A DNA stretch of 64,000 nucleotides from Polyangiaceae bacterium (GCA_046351325.1 JAXLYR010000002.1:560334-624333); one strand, 5' to 3'. Shown: positions 37,011 through 47,497, counted from the first letter of the stretch. Program-made: numbers and translations. The notes: a model not told the origin generated them from the letters alone.

Positions 37011-38204
37011 TCAGGCAACGAATCCCTTCGGGATCTCGCGGAGCCCCGACTGGGATGGAGACCGCTCGAAGCTCCGCGCCAGGTTCGCGGAGCACGCCCA
37101 GCCGAGCGCCTGGGGGACCTTGCGGCTCGTGAGGAGCCAAGCCGTCGACTCAAAGTCCGCGAGCTCCACCCCGAAGAGCCATACGTCATTGTCGCCGACG
37201 AGCGCAGCGCGCGACCGAACACCGCCCTCCGTCGGGCCGGCTCCAAAGATGTATGTGTCGACGTCGAACATGCGCGCCCGCTCTTTGGCGACAATGGCGC
37301 AACGCTCGAACTCGGCGCGGGTGCGCCCGACTGCGCGGACGACTTCGGACCGCCGGTCGAGGACGACGACAGCCCGCGCCTCGTTGCCACGCTCGAGGAG
37401 CTCGCGGAGGGACCGCGCTTCGAGCGAGCCCCCGACGAAGGTCGCGATTGGCGGCGGCGCTGAGCTCGAATGGGAGCCCACGGGCGTCGGCGGAGCCAAG
37501 CCCAAGCGGGACACGGCCGCGCCATAGCTGCTCGGCCTGGTTGCACACCATATCCTGTGTGCGGCGCCGCTCGGGTGAACCCCCAAGAGGGCGACTGTCG
37601 GGCTCCTGAAGGCGACGAAGTCCACCGCCCCGTTCAGCTGACAAGACAGTTCGTCAGGGACGCTCGAGCGAGCCGCAGGAGGCGCGCTGTCCACGGTGTC
37701 CTGGTTTGCGACCTCCACCCAAACGGCGCCCGGAATGGATTCACGAATGGAGCGCGCGCTAGGGGCAGCGGGGGAGTGCGGGCGCGCCGCGAACGCGTCG
37801 AGAGTGAAGGTCAGCGCTGTATCGTATTGAGTGAAGTGGTTGCGAGTCAGAAAGACGGTGCGCCCACCCTCCAGTTCGGAGAGCGCGCCCGTCGACCGCG
37901 CGATCTGGTGGTGCAGCGCGGCCCGCACATCGTCGTAGGACACGACGCCCCAAGCCACGAGCGTCTCACCGAGAGGCAAGCGCCGCTGCCTGCACTCTTC
38001 AACGACAGAACGCAGCGCCGAATCCTCGATTTGGCAACGCGCTTTGAGGGCGCGCACGAACTCGAGCGGGTGGGTCGAGGTGGTCGCCCAAGCGACGCGT
38101 CCGCGCTGGAGGTAAACGTGAATCTCGACCGTCTTGGAGCTGGCAATGAACTCGCCACTCGCCTCCGCCCTTGTAAGTGCTTCGAGTTCGTCGAACGGTC
38201 GCAT
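37011..38204 (-). CDS. Hypothetical protein with an N-terminal DUF4388-like domain
   Basis: AGGAGG sits 7 nt before the ATG. N-terminus GEFIASSKTVEIHVYLQRGRVAWATT is typical of DUF4388. Sits between the enhancer-binding protein and the outer-membrane/cytochrome genes. Confidence 0.5.
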   Translation of the reverse strand: MRPFDELEALTRAEASGEFIASSKTVEIHVYLQRGRVAWATTSTHPLEFVRALKARCQIEDSALRSVVEECRQRRLPLGETLVAWGVVSYDDVRAALHHQIARSTGALSELEGGRTVFLTRNHFTQYDTALTFTLDAFAARPHSPAAPSARSIRESIPGAVWVEVANQDTVDSAPPAARSSVPDELSCQLNGAVDFVAFRSPTVALLGVHPSGAAHRIWCATRPSSYGAAVSRLGLAPPTPVGSHSSSAPPPIATFVGGSLEARSLRELLERGNEARAVVVLDRRSEVVRAVGRTRAEFERCAIVAKERARMFDVDTYIFGAGPTEGGVRSRAALVGDNDVWLFGVELADFESTAWLLTSRKVPQALGWACSANLARSFERSPSQSGLREIPKGFVA

Positions 38205-38377
38205 TGCACCCCTCCTGTCCCGACTGTCGACTATGCAACGATCGGACTCACGGGCCTCGCGGGCGGTGTTCCCGTCGGACTCGGCTCACACGCAGCTTCG
38301 AGGTCCGAATGGCAGGCAACGGACCGTCGAGACCCGACGGCCGAGTGGCGGAACTCGACATGGACTGTCGGAATCCG

Positions 38378-39727
38378 TCAGCGCAGGCCCAGCTTGCGGA
38401 GTTTGTCGCGCAGGGTGGAGCGCGGCAGGTCGAGGGCGCGGGCGGCGCGCGTGAGGTTGTGGCCGTGGTCCGCCCACGCCCTCACGATGAGGTCTCGCTC
38501 GAAGTCTCTGAGGCTGTTGGATTGGACAGGCACCTTCGGCTCGGAGGGCGGTGTGATGCTCGGGCGCGTCAGCCGAGGCATCTGCGCGAGCGCTACGCGA
38601 ATGTGCTCCGCGTCGAGCGTGCCGGCCGTCGACACGATGGCCGCGTGGTCCAGGACTGCGCGCAGCTCGCGGACGTTGCCCGGCCAAGACGCGCCACGCA
38701 GGAGCTCGAGCGCGTCCTCGGTGAGGTCCACGCTGTCGAGGTTGTGGCGCTTGCTGAACGCCTGGAGAAACTCTCGCGCGAGCGTCTCGATATCGTGGAC
38801 TCGCTCGCGGAGCGGCGGCAGCGAGATCGTGAACCCGGCGAGGCGATAGAGAAGGTCGGGTCGGAGATGCGCGGCGCTCAGGCTCGAGAGGCGATTGGTC
38901 GCGCTCACGACACGCGCATCGAGGGGGCGATCCTGGTTCGATCCCAAGCGACGGAACCTCCTCGTCTCGAGCACGCGCAAGAGCTTGGCCTGCGTGGCCA
39001 GCGGCATCTCCGTGACCTCGTCGAGGAAGAGCGTGCCGCCGTTCGCGGCCTCAGCCAACCCGATGCGCGGCGTCCTCGCGCCCGTGAACGCGCCCGCCTC
39101 GTGCCCGAAGAGCTCGCTCTCCAAGAGCTGCTCGGGGATGGCCGCGCAATTGACAGCAATGAAAGGACGGTCGGGGGCGTGGCTGAGCCGATGAATCTCC
39201 TCGGCCACGAGCTCCTTGCCGGTGCCTGTCTCTCCGAGGATGAGGACTGACACTTCACGGTAGGACGCCACGCTCCGGACCTGCTCGCGAACGAGCCGAA
39301 TCGCCAGCGTATTGCCGAGGATCGCGCTGTCTCCGAGGGCGACCTCGCGGGCTGGGAGGAGGGCGCGCACGTCGTTGAGCAGCGCTTCGAGCGCGGCGCG
39401 GGAGTAGGCCTGACTGCGCGCCGCATATCGCCGAGGAGGCTCGGGCTGCACGAGGAGGAGAATGGTGTCGTGCGGGACGACGCTGTTCACGACCGGGCAC
39501 CGCTCACACTTGGACGCTGTGCAAGCAGGGCACGCGCGTGGGACCAGGGTCGAGGTGCGGTCGAGCAGCTTGGCCACGTAGTCTTGAGAGGCCAGCATCG
39601 CCGCGGCGTGATCCACAGTCCCGGCGATCTCGAGGATGGCGTGCGCTTGCCCCACCACGTGCGCGACACGCTCGATGATCTCGCTGTCTTCGCTGATGAG
39701 CGCAACCTTCGGTGCTGGTGGCGTCAC
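38378..39727 (-). CDS. Sigma-54-dependent transcriptional activator (NtrC family): REC-like domain + CxxC-x4-CxxC knuckle + AAA + HTH
   Basis: GETGTGKE Walker A, GAFTGA motif (HEAGAFTGA), ESELFGHE, C-terminal Fis-type HTH. Inserted motif [14 protein letters not shown]. Confidence 0.85.
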   Translation of the reverse strand: MTPPAPKVALISEDSEIIERVAHVVGQAHAILEIAGTVDHAAAMLASQDYVAKLLDRTSTLVPRACPACTASKCERCPVVNSVVPHDTILLLVQPEPPRRYAARSQAYSRAALEALLNDVRALLPAREVALGDSAILGNTLAIRLVREQVRSVASYREVSVLILGETGTGKELVAEEIHRLSHAPDRPFIAVNCAAIPEQLLESELFGHEAGAFTGARTPRIGLAEAANGGTLFLDEVTEMPLATQAKLLRVLETRRFRRLGSNQDRPLDARVVSATNRLSSLSAAHLRPDLLYRLAGFTISLPPLRERVHDIETLAREFLQAFSKRHNLDSVDLTEDALELLRGASWPGNVRELRAVLDHAAIVSTAGTLDAEHIRVALAQMPRLTRPSITPPSEPKVPVQSNSLRDFERDLIVRAWADHGHNLTRAARALDLPRSTLRDKLRKLGLR

Positions 39728-40011
39728 GAGTCACTCCCCCAGATCCGAGAAATCTGCTCGCTGCTGAGAACGCGAGTCGACCACTTGAAGCCCACGACTC
39801 TAGCGCACCCGAGCTTACCGGATGGTTCCGCTAAAGAAACGCCGGTGTCCGTTTGCGCCGGGCAAAGCGAGCTCTGCGACAGTCGTCCAATGCGTCGGTG
39901 TCACGACTGTCAGCGTGGTCGCTCGCGAGCTGACAACAGCCGGACGCGAATGTTCGACTGGAGCCGTGGACCACGCCGGCTCCGCTTGATGTCGGCTCGC
40001 TCCGCCGGCTC

Positions 40012-40033
40012 GGACTCCGGGGGACCGGAGTCC
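40012..40033. terminator. Strong GC hairpin (9-bp stem, GGGA loop) downstream of the metallophosphoesterase gene
   Basis: GGACTCCGG-GGGA-CCGGAGTCC. No U-tract, as is common in high-GC genomes. Confidence 0.3.
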
Positions 40034-40083
40034 CAGTCTCGCTTGCGCTCGACCCACGCCGGCTCCGCTTGGGGCCAGCGCCC

Positions 40084-41559
40084 TCAGCGGGTCTCGAACG
40101 CTACAGGTCCATTCGAGGCGCACCATCGCAAGAGCGCGCCCGTCACGCCGCGTCTCCGCGGATGGACGACCAAGTGCGTGCGGGGCGCGGGGCTCGCGCC
40201 CTCTTCCTCGGACCAGCCGCCTACATTTACGTAAGTCGATTCGCCGTGAGCGAGCTTCACGAGCCTCGGCGTGTGGGTGTGGCCCATGACCACGAAGCGC
40301 GAGGGGAAGAGCCTGACCAACTTGCTAGCTCGCTCGCGGAGCCGATCGTCGGCGTCCACCGTTCGTTGATTGGCGATATACCGATAAGCCACCATCGAGA
40401 GACCGAGGACGGCCGCCGCTCCAATCCAGAACGCGGCCCCCGGCAGGCGGAGCAGCGCGAGAATCAAGAGGGCTGTTCCCGCGACGAAGAGGAGCGCGAG
40501 CCGATCGACCAAGAGGCTCGCCATCACGCCGCGCACGGTCCTCGTGATGGGGGGTGTCTGGAGCACGCGGGCCGCGCGCACGTGTCGCAGCCGGATGCGA
40601 TGCCTGCGAGCGAAGCGCACGAGCGCCCCCCAATGTTGGCGCCGCAGGGTGCGCGCCGACGCCGACCAGTGCTGCCGCCACAGCCTGAAGAGCTGCGCCA
40701 CCGCTCGGACATAGCGCCAAAAGAGCTGCGTCATGCCGACGAGCCCCATGCGCACGCCGAGTCGAACATAATCGACGACGCCGAGCTCCTCATGACCGTG
40801 CTCGGGGAGCCCGCGCGTAGGGCGGACCACGTGTCGCAGCAAGACCTCACAGAACCCGAACGAGAGGCGCTGACGGTCACCGGCAGCGAGCGGCATCATC
40901 GGATGATCGGTCGCGCAGAACGGGTCGTATTGGTGGCCGTGCTCGACGTAGACGGCCCCCGCCACGTAATAGAACCAGGGGTTGTGGTCGACGCGCGCCG
41001 CGAAGTCGCGGCGTGAGATCGCGGTCGTGCGATGCGCGAGCAGGATCTCGAGGAGCTCGGCGCGGACAGAGCCCCAATAGAGCTCCAAATCATGATTGCC
41101 GTGCACGAACGTGAGCGCGTTGCCGGCCTCGACGAAGGCCGCGAGCGCGGCGAAGACCTCGGCGTGGCGCTGGGCCACGCGCCGCAGCTTCTCTCGGCTG
41201 TGGTCTTCAGCGTTGCCGAGGCCGTGAGCGCGCTCTTCCTCGGTCAGGGGGGTTTGGAGCGACAGTCCGTCGGGGGCGACGGACATGCCGATGAAGTCGA
41301 TGAAGTCACCCGCGACGACGAGCCGCCAGCGCCGGCCCTCTGCGGGCGTGCGCCGATAATGGTCGAGGAGCCCGACGAGGTCGCGATCGACCTCGGCCGA
41401 GCGACGCGCGCCGTGAGGCGTGAGGTCGTTGATGTCGCTACCGAGGTGGACGTCGGACAGGACGAGCAAGCTCTCTTTGAGGGGAGCTCTCCCGCGCGTC
41501 CGGTCGAGTCGTGCGCGCAGCCATGTCATTGTCTTCAGCGTGGTGCTTCGGGTCCTCAC
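40084..41559 (-). CDS. Membrane-associated calcineurin-like metallophosphoesterase
   Basis: Motifs LVLSDVHLG, GDFIDF, GNHD, GH. TM helices in the C-terminal half. Probable start at 41529 (MTWLRARL). Confidence 0.7.
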   Translation of the reverse strand: MRTRSTTLKTMTWLRARLDRTRGRAPLKESLLVLSDVHLGSDINDLTPHGARRSAEVDRDLVGLLDHYRRTPAEGRRWRLVVAGDFIDFIGMSVAPDGLSLQTPLTEEERAHGLGNAEDHSREKLRRVAQRHAEVFAALAAFVEAGNALTFVHGNHDLELYWGSVRAELLEILLAHRTTAISRRDFAARVDHNPWFYYVAGAVYVEHGHQYDPFCATDHPMMPLAAGDRQRLSFGFCEVLLRHVVRPTRGLPEHGHEELGVVDYVRLGVRMGLVGMTQLFWRYVRAVAQLFRLWRQHWSASARTLRRQHWGALVRFARRHRIRLRHVRAARVLQTPPITRTVRGVMASLLVDRLALLFVAGTALLILALLRLPGAAFWIGAAAVLGLSMVAYRYIANQRTVDADDRLRERASKLVRLFPSRFVVMGHTHTPRLVKLAHGESTYVNVGGWSEEEGASPAPRTHLVVHPRRRGVTGALLRWCASNGPVAFETR

Positions 41560-41952
41560 GGACCGTCACGAATTGGACATGATTGGTCCGGAGGCCGTCA
41601 CCCGCCGCACGATCCGGACCTTGACGTCGTCATGATCGCCGACATTCAAGACAGCGCAGGCGGCGAGACCGCGCTCGTGACGACACCTACGCGGTGACGC
41701 TCGACGTCTCGCTCGGCGCGACCCCTCACGCGAGCTTCACGGACGTCGAGCAAACGAAGGTCGGGGCGTGCATCTCGATCGACGCGGGAGCGACCAAACA
41801 GTTGCCATCGCGGTCGTCGTGGGTCCTCACGACTGTCGCAGTCGCGGCGCTATGGGCCGCGCGTCGAGCCCGCCGGTCGAGGCCCGCGCGTGACGGCCAG
41901 TCGACCTGACCCTGCCAGCGCCCCGGTCGATCTCGAGTATGCTGGCCTCCTT

Positions 41953-42681
41953 ATGAGCCCTCGCGTGGTTGCCTGCTTCTTGATCCTGGGCGCAGGGTGC
42001 AACGGCGTCTTGGGGATGGATGAGGTCGAGCTGCGGAATGACGGCGGTGGTGGCGCTGGAGTTGGCGGCAATGGCGGCGGGCCTGGGGCTGGTGGCGATC
42101 AGGGCGTTGGTGGGCAAGGCGGCGCTATGGGCCCGACGCTCTGTCAGCCCATCCCAGCCGACAATATCGTGGTGGACGGGTCGTTCGAGCAGCCGATTGG
42201 ACAGTATTGGAGCGGGTACAACGCGCATGTTACCCAAATGCCGTTTACCGGTTCTGACAGCTGCGACGGTGACAACTATGTCAACATTCTCGACTTTGAC
42301 TACACTGCGGAGGCCTGGGGTTCGGGCGACAAGGAAGTGCTGAAAGCGGCCAATACCGATTGTGTCGAGTGGAGCTACTCGGCGCGCGCAGCCAGCCCGG
42401 ACGTCTATGTCTGGCTGACATTCGCGTTCGAGGGGACGCCCTACGTCGTGAACGATCTCACGGGGCAGAATGGCGTCTATATGCAGTCCCAGGCGTGGAC
42501 GCTCTATCACGGTGCGTGTCGGCTCACGCTGCCGGGCTCCATCGGTCACATCAACGTGTACGTCTCGCTCGACGAGGACCACGACGCGAACGATCCCGAC
42601 ATGATCGCGGACTTCGACTCGCTCGTTGTCCGCCCGATTCCTTGCACGGTGTCGACGCCGCCTTGCGACGTCGAGCCGTGA
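41953..42681 (+). CDS. Hypothetical lipoprotein with a Gly-rich linker
   Basis: MSPRVVACFLILGAGCNG then a poly-Gly region. Confidence 0.55.
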   Translation: MSPRVVACFLILGAGCNGVLGMDEVELRNDGGGGAGVGGNGGGPGAGGDQGVGGQGGAMGPTLCQPIPADNIVVDGSFEQPIGQYWSGYNAHVTQMPFTGSDSCDGDNYVNILDFDYTAEAWGSGDKEVLKAANTDCVEWSYSARAASPDVYVWLTFAFEGTPYVVNDLTGQNGVYMQSQAWTLYHGACRLTLPGSIGHINVYVSLDEDHDANDPDMIADFDSLVVRPIPCTVSTPPCDVEP

Positions 42682-42711
42682 GCGCCGACTGACCGCTGAG
42701 CCCGACTGCGA

Positions 42712-43479
42712 CTACAGCATGAAGCCGGCGACGATCGCGCCGACTAGCATGAGCGCGCCGAACACGAGGAGCGCGCCGCCGAGCGTGCGCCTGCCTGTTC
42801 GTTGTTCGGTGAGCCCCGCTTCATCCGAGTCGAAGACTCGCACGCCGGCCCCCGCGCTCTCGAACAAGCCGAGCCCGTTTGGCGTCGGCGCGACCCAACC
42901 CACTACGCTGATGAGCTCTCCCGGCTCGATGCGTGTCTCCAAGACGGCCTCGATGTTCTCTCCGCTGCCACCGAGGCGCTGCCCCATGCTTCGCTGCTGC
43001 GCGGTGGTGAGCGGCCCGGCGAAGGCCCCGCCCACGACGATGAGTCCGCTGCGGTTCGTCCAATAGTATTGCGTCTTGACCACCGAGATCCTCGCGGTCG
43101 AGACCAAGAGCCACGCTGCGCCGTCGACGATGTAGAAGTCACGCTCGAGCCTCTCGACGGTGTGCAGCACGCGCCGAGCGACGAGCTGCGCTGCCGTCTC
43201 GTAGAAGACAGTCGGCACGGCCGCCGCAGGACTGAGCTCGACGCCGCGCGGGCCGGGCTGAGCCACGCCGCGGACCCGGACGCGCGTCCCTGGTCGCGCG
43301 GCCGAGAGCGGTGTCAGCGGGAGCTTCGCGTCTCGGACGAGGGCGCTCATGCCGCCGCCGAACATGATGAAGAGCCCGAACGCGGCGAGCGCGAGCCCCA
43401 TGATTGCGCCACCCACGCAGAGACCCATCAAGTCCCGCGCGGCCCCCGCCAAAGCCGTCATTCGAATGAAATACCTCAC
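42712..43479 (-). CDS. Hypothetical membrane protein
   Basis: N-terminal and C-terminal TM helices flank a soluble domain. 255 aa. Confidence 0.45.
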   Translation of the reverse strand: MRYFIRMTALAGAARDLMGLCVGGAIMGLALAAFGLFIMFGGGMSALVRDAKLPLTPLSAARPGTRVRVRGVAQPGPRGVELSPAAAVPTVFYETAAQLVARRVLHTVERLERDFYIVDGAAWLLVSTARISVVKTQYYWTNRSGLIVVGGAFAGPLTTAQQRSMGQRLGGSGENIEAVLETRIEPGELISVVGWVAPTPNGLGLFESAGAGVRVFDSDEAGLTEQRTGRRTLGGALLVFGALMLVGAIVAGFML

Positions 43480-43561
43480 GTTCGGGCGCGGGGAGAGTGC
43501 CCTTCAGTTTCCGCGGGGGCTCGAGGATGATGCGCGCCGTCGAGTACGAGAAGGTTCACGC

Positions 43562-44602
43562 ATGAGCAAGGCTGTTGTCATAGGCGGGGCGGGATTCATC
43601 GGGCGGCGACTCGTCGAGATGCTGGCTGGCAATGAGCCACACCCCGATTGGGCTCGCTTCGATCATGTCCACGTCGTGGACTTGGCGCCCGCGACCATCG
43701 CAGAAGGTGAAGCTCCGCGCGTCACCACCGCGAAGGCGGACGTGCGCTCCCACGACGATCTGCGGCGCGCGTTCGAAGGCGCGGACACCGTCTTTCATTT
43801 GGCGTCGGTCGTCGACGTCGGCTTGAAGAAGAGCGCGACGATCGAGCCGACGAACGTCGGCGGAGCGCGCAACGTCGTGGCTGCGGCGCGCGAGGCCGGG
43901 GTGCGAGCGCTCGTCTACACGAGCTCCGAGGACGTGTTGCTCTCGGAGATCCCCGTGCGCGGCGGCGACGAGACCATGCCTTATCCGGCGCGACCGATTC
44001 ACGACTACGTGCGGACCAAGATCGAGGGCGAGCGCATCGTCCTCGGCGCCGACGATCCGAGCGGCCTTCGCACGTTGGCGATCCGCCCCGTCCACGTGTA
44101 CGGGCCCCGCGATCCGCATGCGATCGTCACGAGCCTCCGCGCCTTCGCGAAGGGCTCGGTGCCGTTCCTCCTCGGGAACGGCGAGGCGCTCTTCGACGTC
44201 GTGTACGTCGACAACGTCGTCCACGCCCACCTACTCGCGGCGCGCGCGCTCCACGAGGCTCCCCATCGCGTCGCGGGCCGCCCCTACATCGTGAACGAGG
44301 ACCACGCGGTCAACTACTTCGAGTGGCTGCGTCCTTATGCCGCGCGCAAGAACGTGAAGATGCCTCGCTTGCGGCTCGGGCGCAGGCCGACCCACGCCCT
44401 CGCGCGGGCGATGGGCCTCGTTCATCGCGTGACCGGTCTCGAGGTTCCCTTCCATTCCTTTCACGCGCACGTCATCGGCGAGGATTTCTACTTCTCGTCG
44501 CGCCGAGCAAAGACGGAGCTCGGCTACACGCCGATCGTCTCCGTCGAGGACGCGCGGCGCCGCACGCTCGAGTGGCTCGATCACGTGGCGCTCGAGGGCT
44601 GA
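43562..44602 (+). CDS. NAD(P)-dependent epimerase/dehydratase (3-beta-HSD-like)
   Basis: VVIGGAGFIGRRLVEML Rossmann motif; YxxxK (YVRTK). Confidence 0.8.
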   Translation: MSKAVVIGGAGFIGRRLVEMLAGNEPHPDWARFDHVHVVDLAPATIAEGEAPRVTTAKADVRSHDDLRRAFEGADTVFHLASVVDVGLKKSATIEPTNVGGARNVVAAAREAGVRALVYTSSEDVLLSEIPVRGGDETMPYPARPIHDYVRTKIEGERIVLGADDPSGLRTLAIRPVHVYGPRDPHAIVTSLRAFAKGSVPFLLGNGEALFDVVYVDNVVHAHLLAARALHEAPHRVAGRPYIVNEDHAVNYFEWLRPYAARKNVKMPRLRLGRRPTHALARAMGLVHRVTGLEVPFHSFHAHVIGEDFYFSSRRAKTELGYTPIVSVEDARRRTLEWLDHVALEG

Positions 44603-44673
44603 GGATCGGATTCTCGTCGAAGGGCTGCGTCCTTTCCGCGAGGTCCCCGTCTTGAGGGCAGGAGACTACGAAG

Positions 44674-45501
44674 ATGAACGAGCAGACGAAGGATGAAGTT
44701 CGCGCCGCCGTGCGGGATCAATACGGCAAGGTCGCACGGCAGAACGCGACGGGCTGCGCGCCCAGCTGCTGCGGCAGCGGCGCGGACATGAGCTTGAAGC
44801 TCGGCTATTCGGCCGAGGATCTGGCGGCAGTCCCCGAGGGCGCGAACATGGGTCTCGGGTGCGGCAATCCGCAGGCGATCGCGGCCCTCAAGGCTGGCGA
44901 GACGGTCCTCGACCTCGGAGCAGGTGGTGGCTTCGATTGCTTCTTGGCGGCCAAACAGGTCGGTCCGACGGGCAAGGTGATCGGCGTCGACATGACACCC
45001 GACATGGTGTCGAAGGCCCGGGTCAACGCACAGAAGGTCGGCGCGACCAACGTCGAGTTCCGCCTCGGGGAGATCGAGCATCTGCCTGTCGCTGACAATA
45101 CTGTAGACGTCATCCTCTCGAACTGCGTCATCAACCTCAGCCCGGACAAGGGCGCCGTCTTCCGCGAGGCCTTTCGTGTCCTCAAGCCCGGCGGTCGTCT
45201 CGCGATCTCGGACGTCGTCAAATTGAAGGCTCTGCCCGAAGCACTCGAGCGCGACATGGCGGCGCTCACGGGGTGCGTGTCGGGGGCCGCGACGGTCGAC
45301 GACGTGCGAGCCATGCTCGCTGCGGCAGGCTTCGGCACTGTCGTGGTCGACGTCCGGCCCGAGAGCCGCGAGTTCATCCGCGAGTGGATACCGGACTCCA
45401 ACGTCGAGGACTTCGTCGCCTCGGCTGCCATCGAGGCCGTGAAGCCAGGTGGGAAGTCCTGCTGTGGCCCCTCGTGTTGCGAGCCCGGAGCCTCGGCGTG
45501 A
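44674..45501 (+). CDS. arsM: Arsenite S-adenosylmethionine methyltransferase
   Basis: SAM-binding motif VLDLGAGGG. Conserved Cys signatures [25 protein letters not shown]-terminal CCGPSCC. Confidence 0.8.
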   Translation: MNEQTKDEVRAAVRDQYGKVARQNATGCAPSCCGSGADMSLKLGYSAEDLAAVPEGANMGLGCGNPQAIAALKAGETVLDLGAGGGFDCFLAAKQVGPTGKVIGVDMTPDMVSKARVNAQKVGATNVEFRLGEIEHLPVADNTVDVILSNCVINLSPDKGAVFREAFRVLKPGGRLAISDVVKLKALPEALERDMAALTGCVSGAATVDDVRAMLAAAGFGTVVVDVRPESREFIREWIPDSNVEDFVASAAIEAVKPGGKSCCGPSCCEPGASA

Positions 45502-46115
45502 TCGACGCCGCGGCGCGCGGTGCATGGCGCGAGCTCGAGACTCGCCTCAGGCCGTTCATCGCGCGGCGCGTGCCCACGGCGAGTGATGTCGATGACGTTG
45601 TACAAGATATTTTCTTGCGAATGCAGCGCGGCTTGGGTGGTCTTCGCGACGACGAGCGCTTCGGGCCCTGGGTGTACCAGGTCGCGCGGAGCGCCATCGT
45701 CGAGCATCGACGCTCCCTCGCGCGCCACCCCATCGCCGAGGGCGTCACGGTGGAAGAGCCCGTCGAGGACGGTGACGATCGCGCGGTCGAGGAGGAGCTC
45801 GCGCTCCACGTCGCGCCGTTCGTCGCGATGCTGCCGTCGCCCTACCGCGAGGCCCTCACCCTCGTCGAGCTCGAGGGCCTCACGCAGAAGCAGGCGGCCG
45901 AGATGCTCGGCGTTTCGCTCTCGGGGATGAAGTCGCGCGTGCAGCGGGGGCGCGTGCAGCTGCGCCGCGCCCTCGAGGATTGCTGTCACATCGCGCTCGA
46001 CGTTCGAGGTCGCGTGGTCGCCTGCGAACCGCGACCGGATGGGCGTCTGCCGAGCGGGTGCTGCGAAGCGACTCGGTGCGCTGCGAGCGATTCACCCTCG
46101 AGCCGCGCGCGTTGA
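45498..46115 (+). CDS. ECF sigma factor with a C-terminal Cys-rich extension (CorE/ECF44-like)
   Basis: Sigma-2 ([10 protein letters not shown]…) and sigma-4 ([25 protein letters not shown]) regions, then [36 protein letters not shown] start overlaps the arsM TGA. Confidence 0.7.
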   Translation: MIDAAARGAWRELETRLRPFIARRVPTASDVDDVVQDIFLRMQRGLGGLRDDERFGPWVYQVARSAIVEHRRSLARHPIAEGVTVEEPVEDGDDRAVEEELALHVAPFVAMLPSPYREALTLVELEGLTQKQAAEMLGVSLSGMKSRVQRGRVQLRRALEDCCHIALDVRGRVVACEPRPDGRLPSGCCEATRCAASDSPSSRAR

Positions 46116-46390
46116 TTGGCCCCGCGCTCGTGGGTCGCGCAGTCTACCAGAAGTCGCCGGAGAGCCGCGGGTAGCTTGCACACCTCGCAAGCAATCAGCC
46201 TTCTCTTCTAGGTCGAGACCAGTGAGCGGCGACGTGAACCGCACTCGGGTTTTGTCTTTTTCGAGTTCGCAACGGGAATGTTTGCGGAGTGAGGAGCCTT
46301 GCCCTGTACGATCCCTCCTACCGGTCCAGTCTTCCGCCGAGTGGCCCCGAAAACACAGCTGGGTCGCTTCCGCGCAGAAAAGGAAGGGCT

Positions 46391-46750
46391 ATGAACATCT
46401 CGATCACGTTCCGGCATATGGATGGCACGGATGCGGTCAAAAACTATGCGAACGAGAAGATCTCTCGGCTGCAGAAGTTCCTGCGTCAGGCGATGACGGC
46501 GCAAGTCACGCTCTCCGTCGAGGGCTTGGAGCACATCGCTGACGTGCGCATCCACTCGGGGAGCGCGACGTTCCACGCGAACGAGCGCAAGGAGGACATG
46601 TACGCTTCGATCGACCTCGTCCTCGACAAGCTGGAACGTCAGATCCACGCCCAGAAGGGGGCGAACGTCGCAAAGAAGCACGGTGGGATGAGCGCTGGTG
46701 AGTTCGCGGTCGCGGTCGAACGCGAGTCGCAGCGCGGCACGCGCGGCTGA
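46391..46750 (+). CDS. hpf: Ribosome hibernation-promoting factor / sigma-54 modulation protein
   Basis: MNISITFRHMDGTDAVKNYANEKISRLQKF. AGGAAGG RBS. Confidence 0.85.
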   Translation: MNISITFRHMDGTDAVKNYANEKISRLQKFLRQAMTAQVTLSVEGLEHIADVRIHSGSATFHANERKEDMYASIDLVLDKLERQIHAQKGANVAKKHGGMSAGEFAVAVERESQRGTRG

Positions 46751-47005
46751 GTTCTTCGGCAGAGTTTTTCGGCTGAGTTTCTCGTAAGTGGCCGTGGCCT
46801 TCGCTGGCGCGAGCGAACAGGACCGGTGAGGAGGTCGAGCCTGCGAGGGCTCGCGGCCACAGCAGGGTAGACACAGCAGGGTGGACGCAAGACGCGTCGT
46901 TCAGCGGGGGGCGCCGAACGACGCGGGCAGTTGTCCCGTCGGTGCGGGGCGATCGCAAAAGGCAGTTCGTGTTGTGGCGTGTGCTAAGGTTCCGGAGCCT
47001 TAGCC

Positions 47006-47497
47006 ATGCTGGTCGTCGACATCCTCAGTCCGAGTCGAGTGTCGGTCGCAGGTCTCGGTGCCGGCGCGAAAGGTGCGGACGTCGAGACCAAGCAAGCCGT
47101 CCTGCATCGGCTCGCGGAGCTCCTCTGCTCCGGGGAGAGCGCCCTCGATCCGGTGAAGATCGAGCAGATGCTCCTCAAGCGAGAGGAACAACAATCCACC
47201 GGCGTCGGCGGTGGTGTCGCCATCCCCCACGCCGCGATCGAGGAGCTCGATCACATCGTCGGTGCGGTCCTGCTCTGCCCGAAACCCGTGGGTTTCGATG
47301 CGATCGATGGTCTGCCCGTCTCGATCTTCTTCGCGGTCATCGGTCCGCGTCGCGCGGTCGGCGAGCACCTGAAAACGCTGGCGCGCGTGTCGCGCCTGCT
47401 GCGGGACGACCATTTCCGCAAGCGGCTCGTCTCGGCCGTCGACGGTCGTACGGCGTTCGAGCTCATCGCCAGTGAAGAGGGGCGCCCCGCGGTGTGA
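47006..47497 (+). CDS. ptsN: PTS IIA-Ntr (nitrogen-regulatory EIIA)
   Basis: …HRLAELL…VGGGVAIPHAAIEELDHIVGAVLL. Confidence 0.85.
   Translation: MLVVDILSPSRVSVAGLGAGAKGADVETKQAVLHRLAELLCSGESALDPVKIEQMLLKREEQQSTGVGGGVAIPHAAIEELDHIVGAVLLCPKPVGFDAIDGLPVSIFFAVIGPRRAVGEHLKTLARVSRLLRDDHFRKRLVSAVDGRTAFELIASEEGRPAV

Noticed and set aside
46116-46390. Sigma-54 -24/-12 promoter upstream of hpf
   Set aside because: No convincing TGGCAC-N5-TTGC match (closest is TGGCCCCGAAAACACAGC with wrong spacing). Only a small palindrome GCTTGC-N7-GCAAGC was seen.
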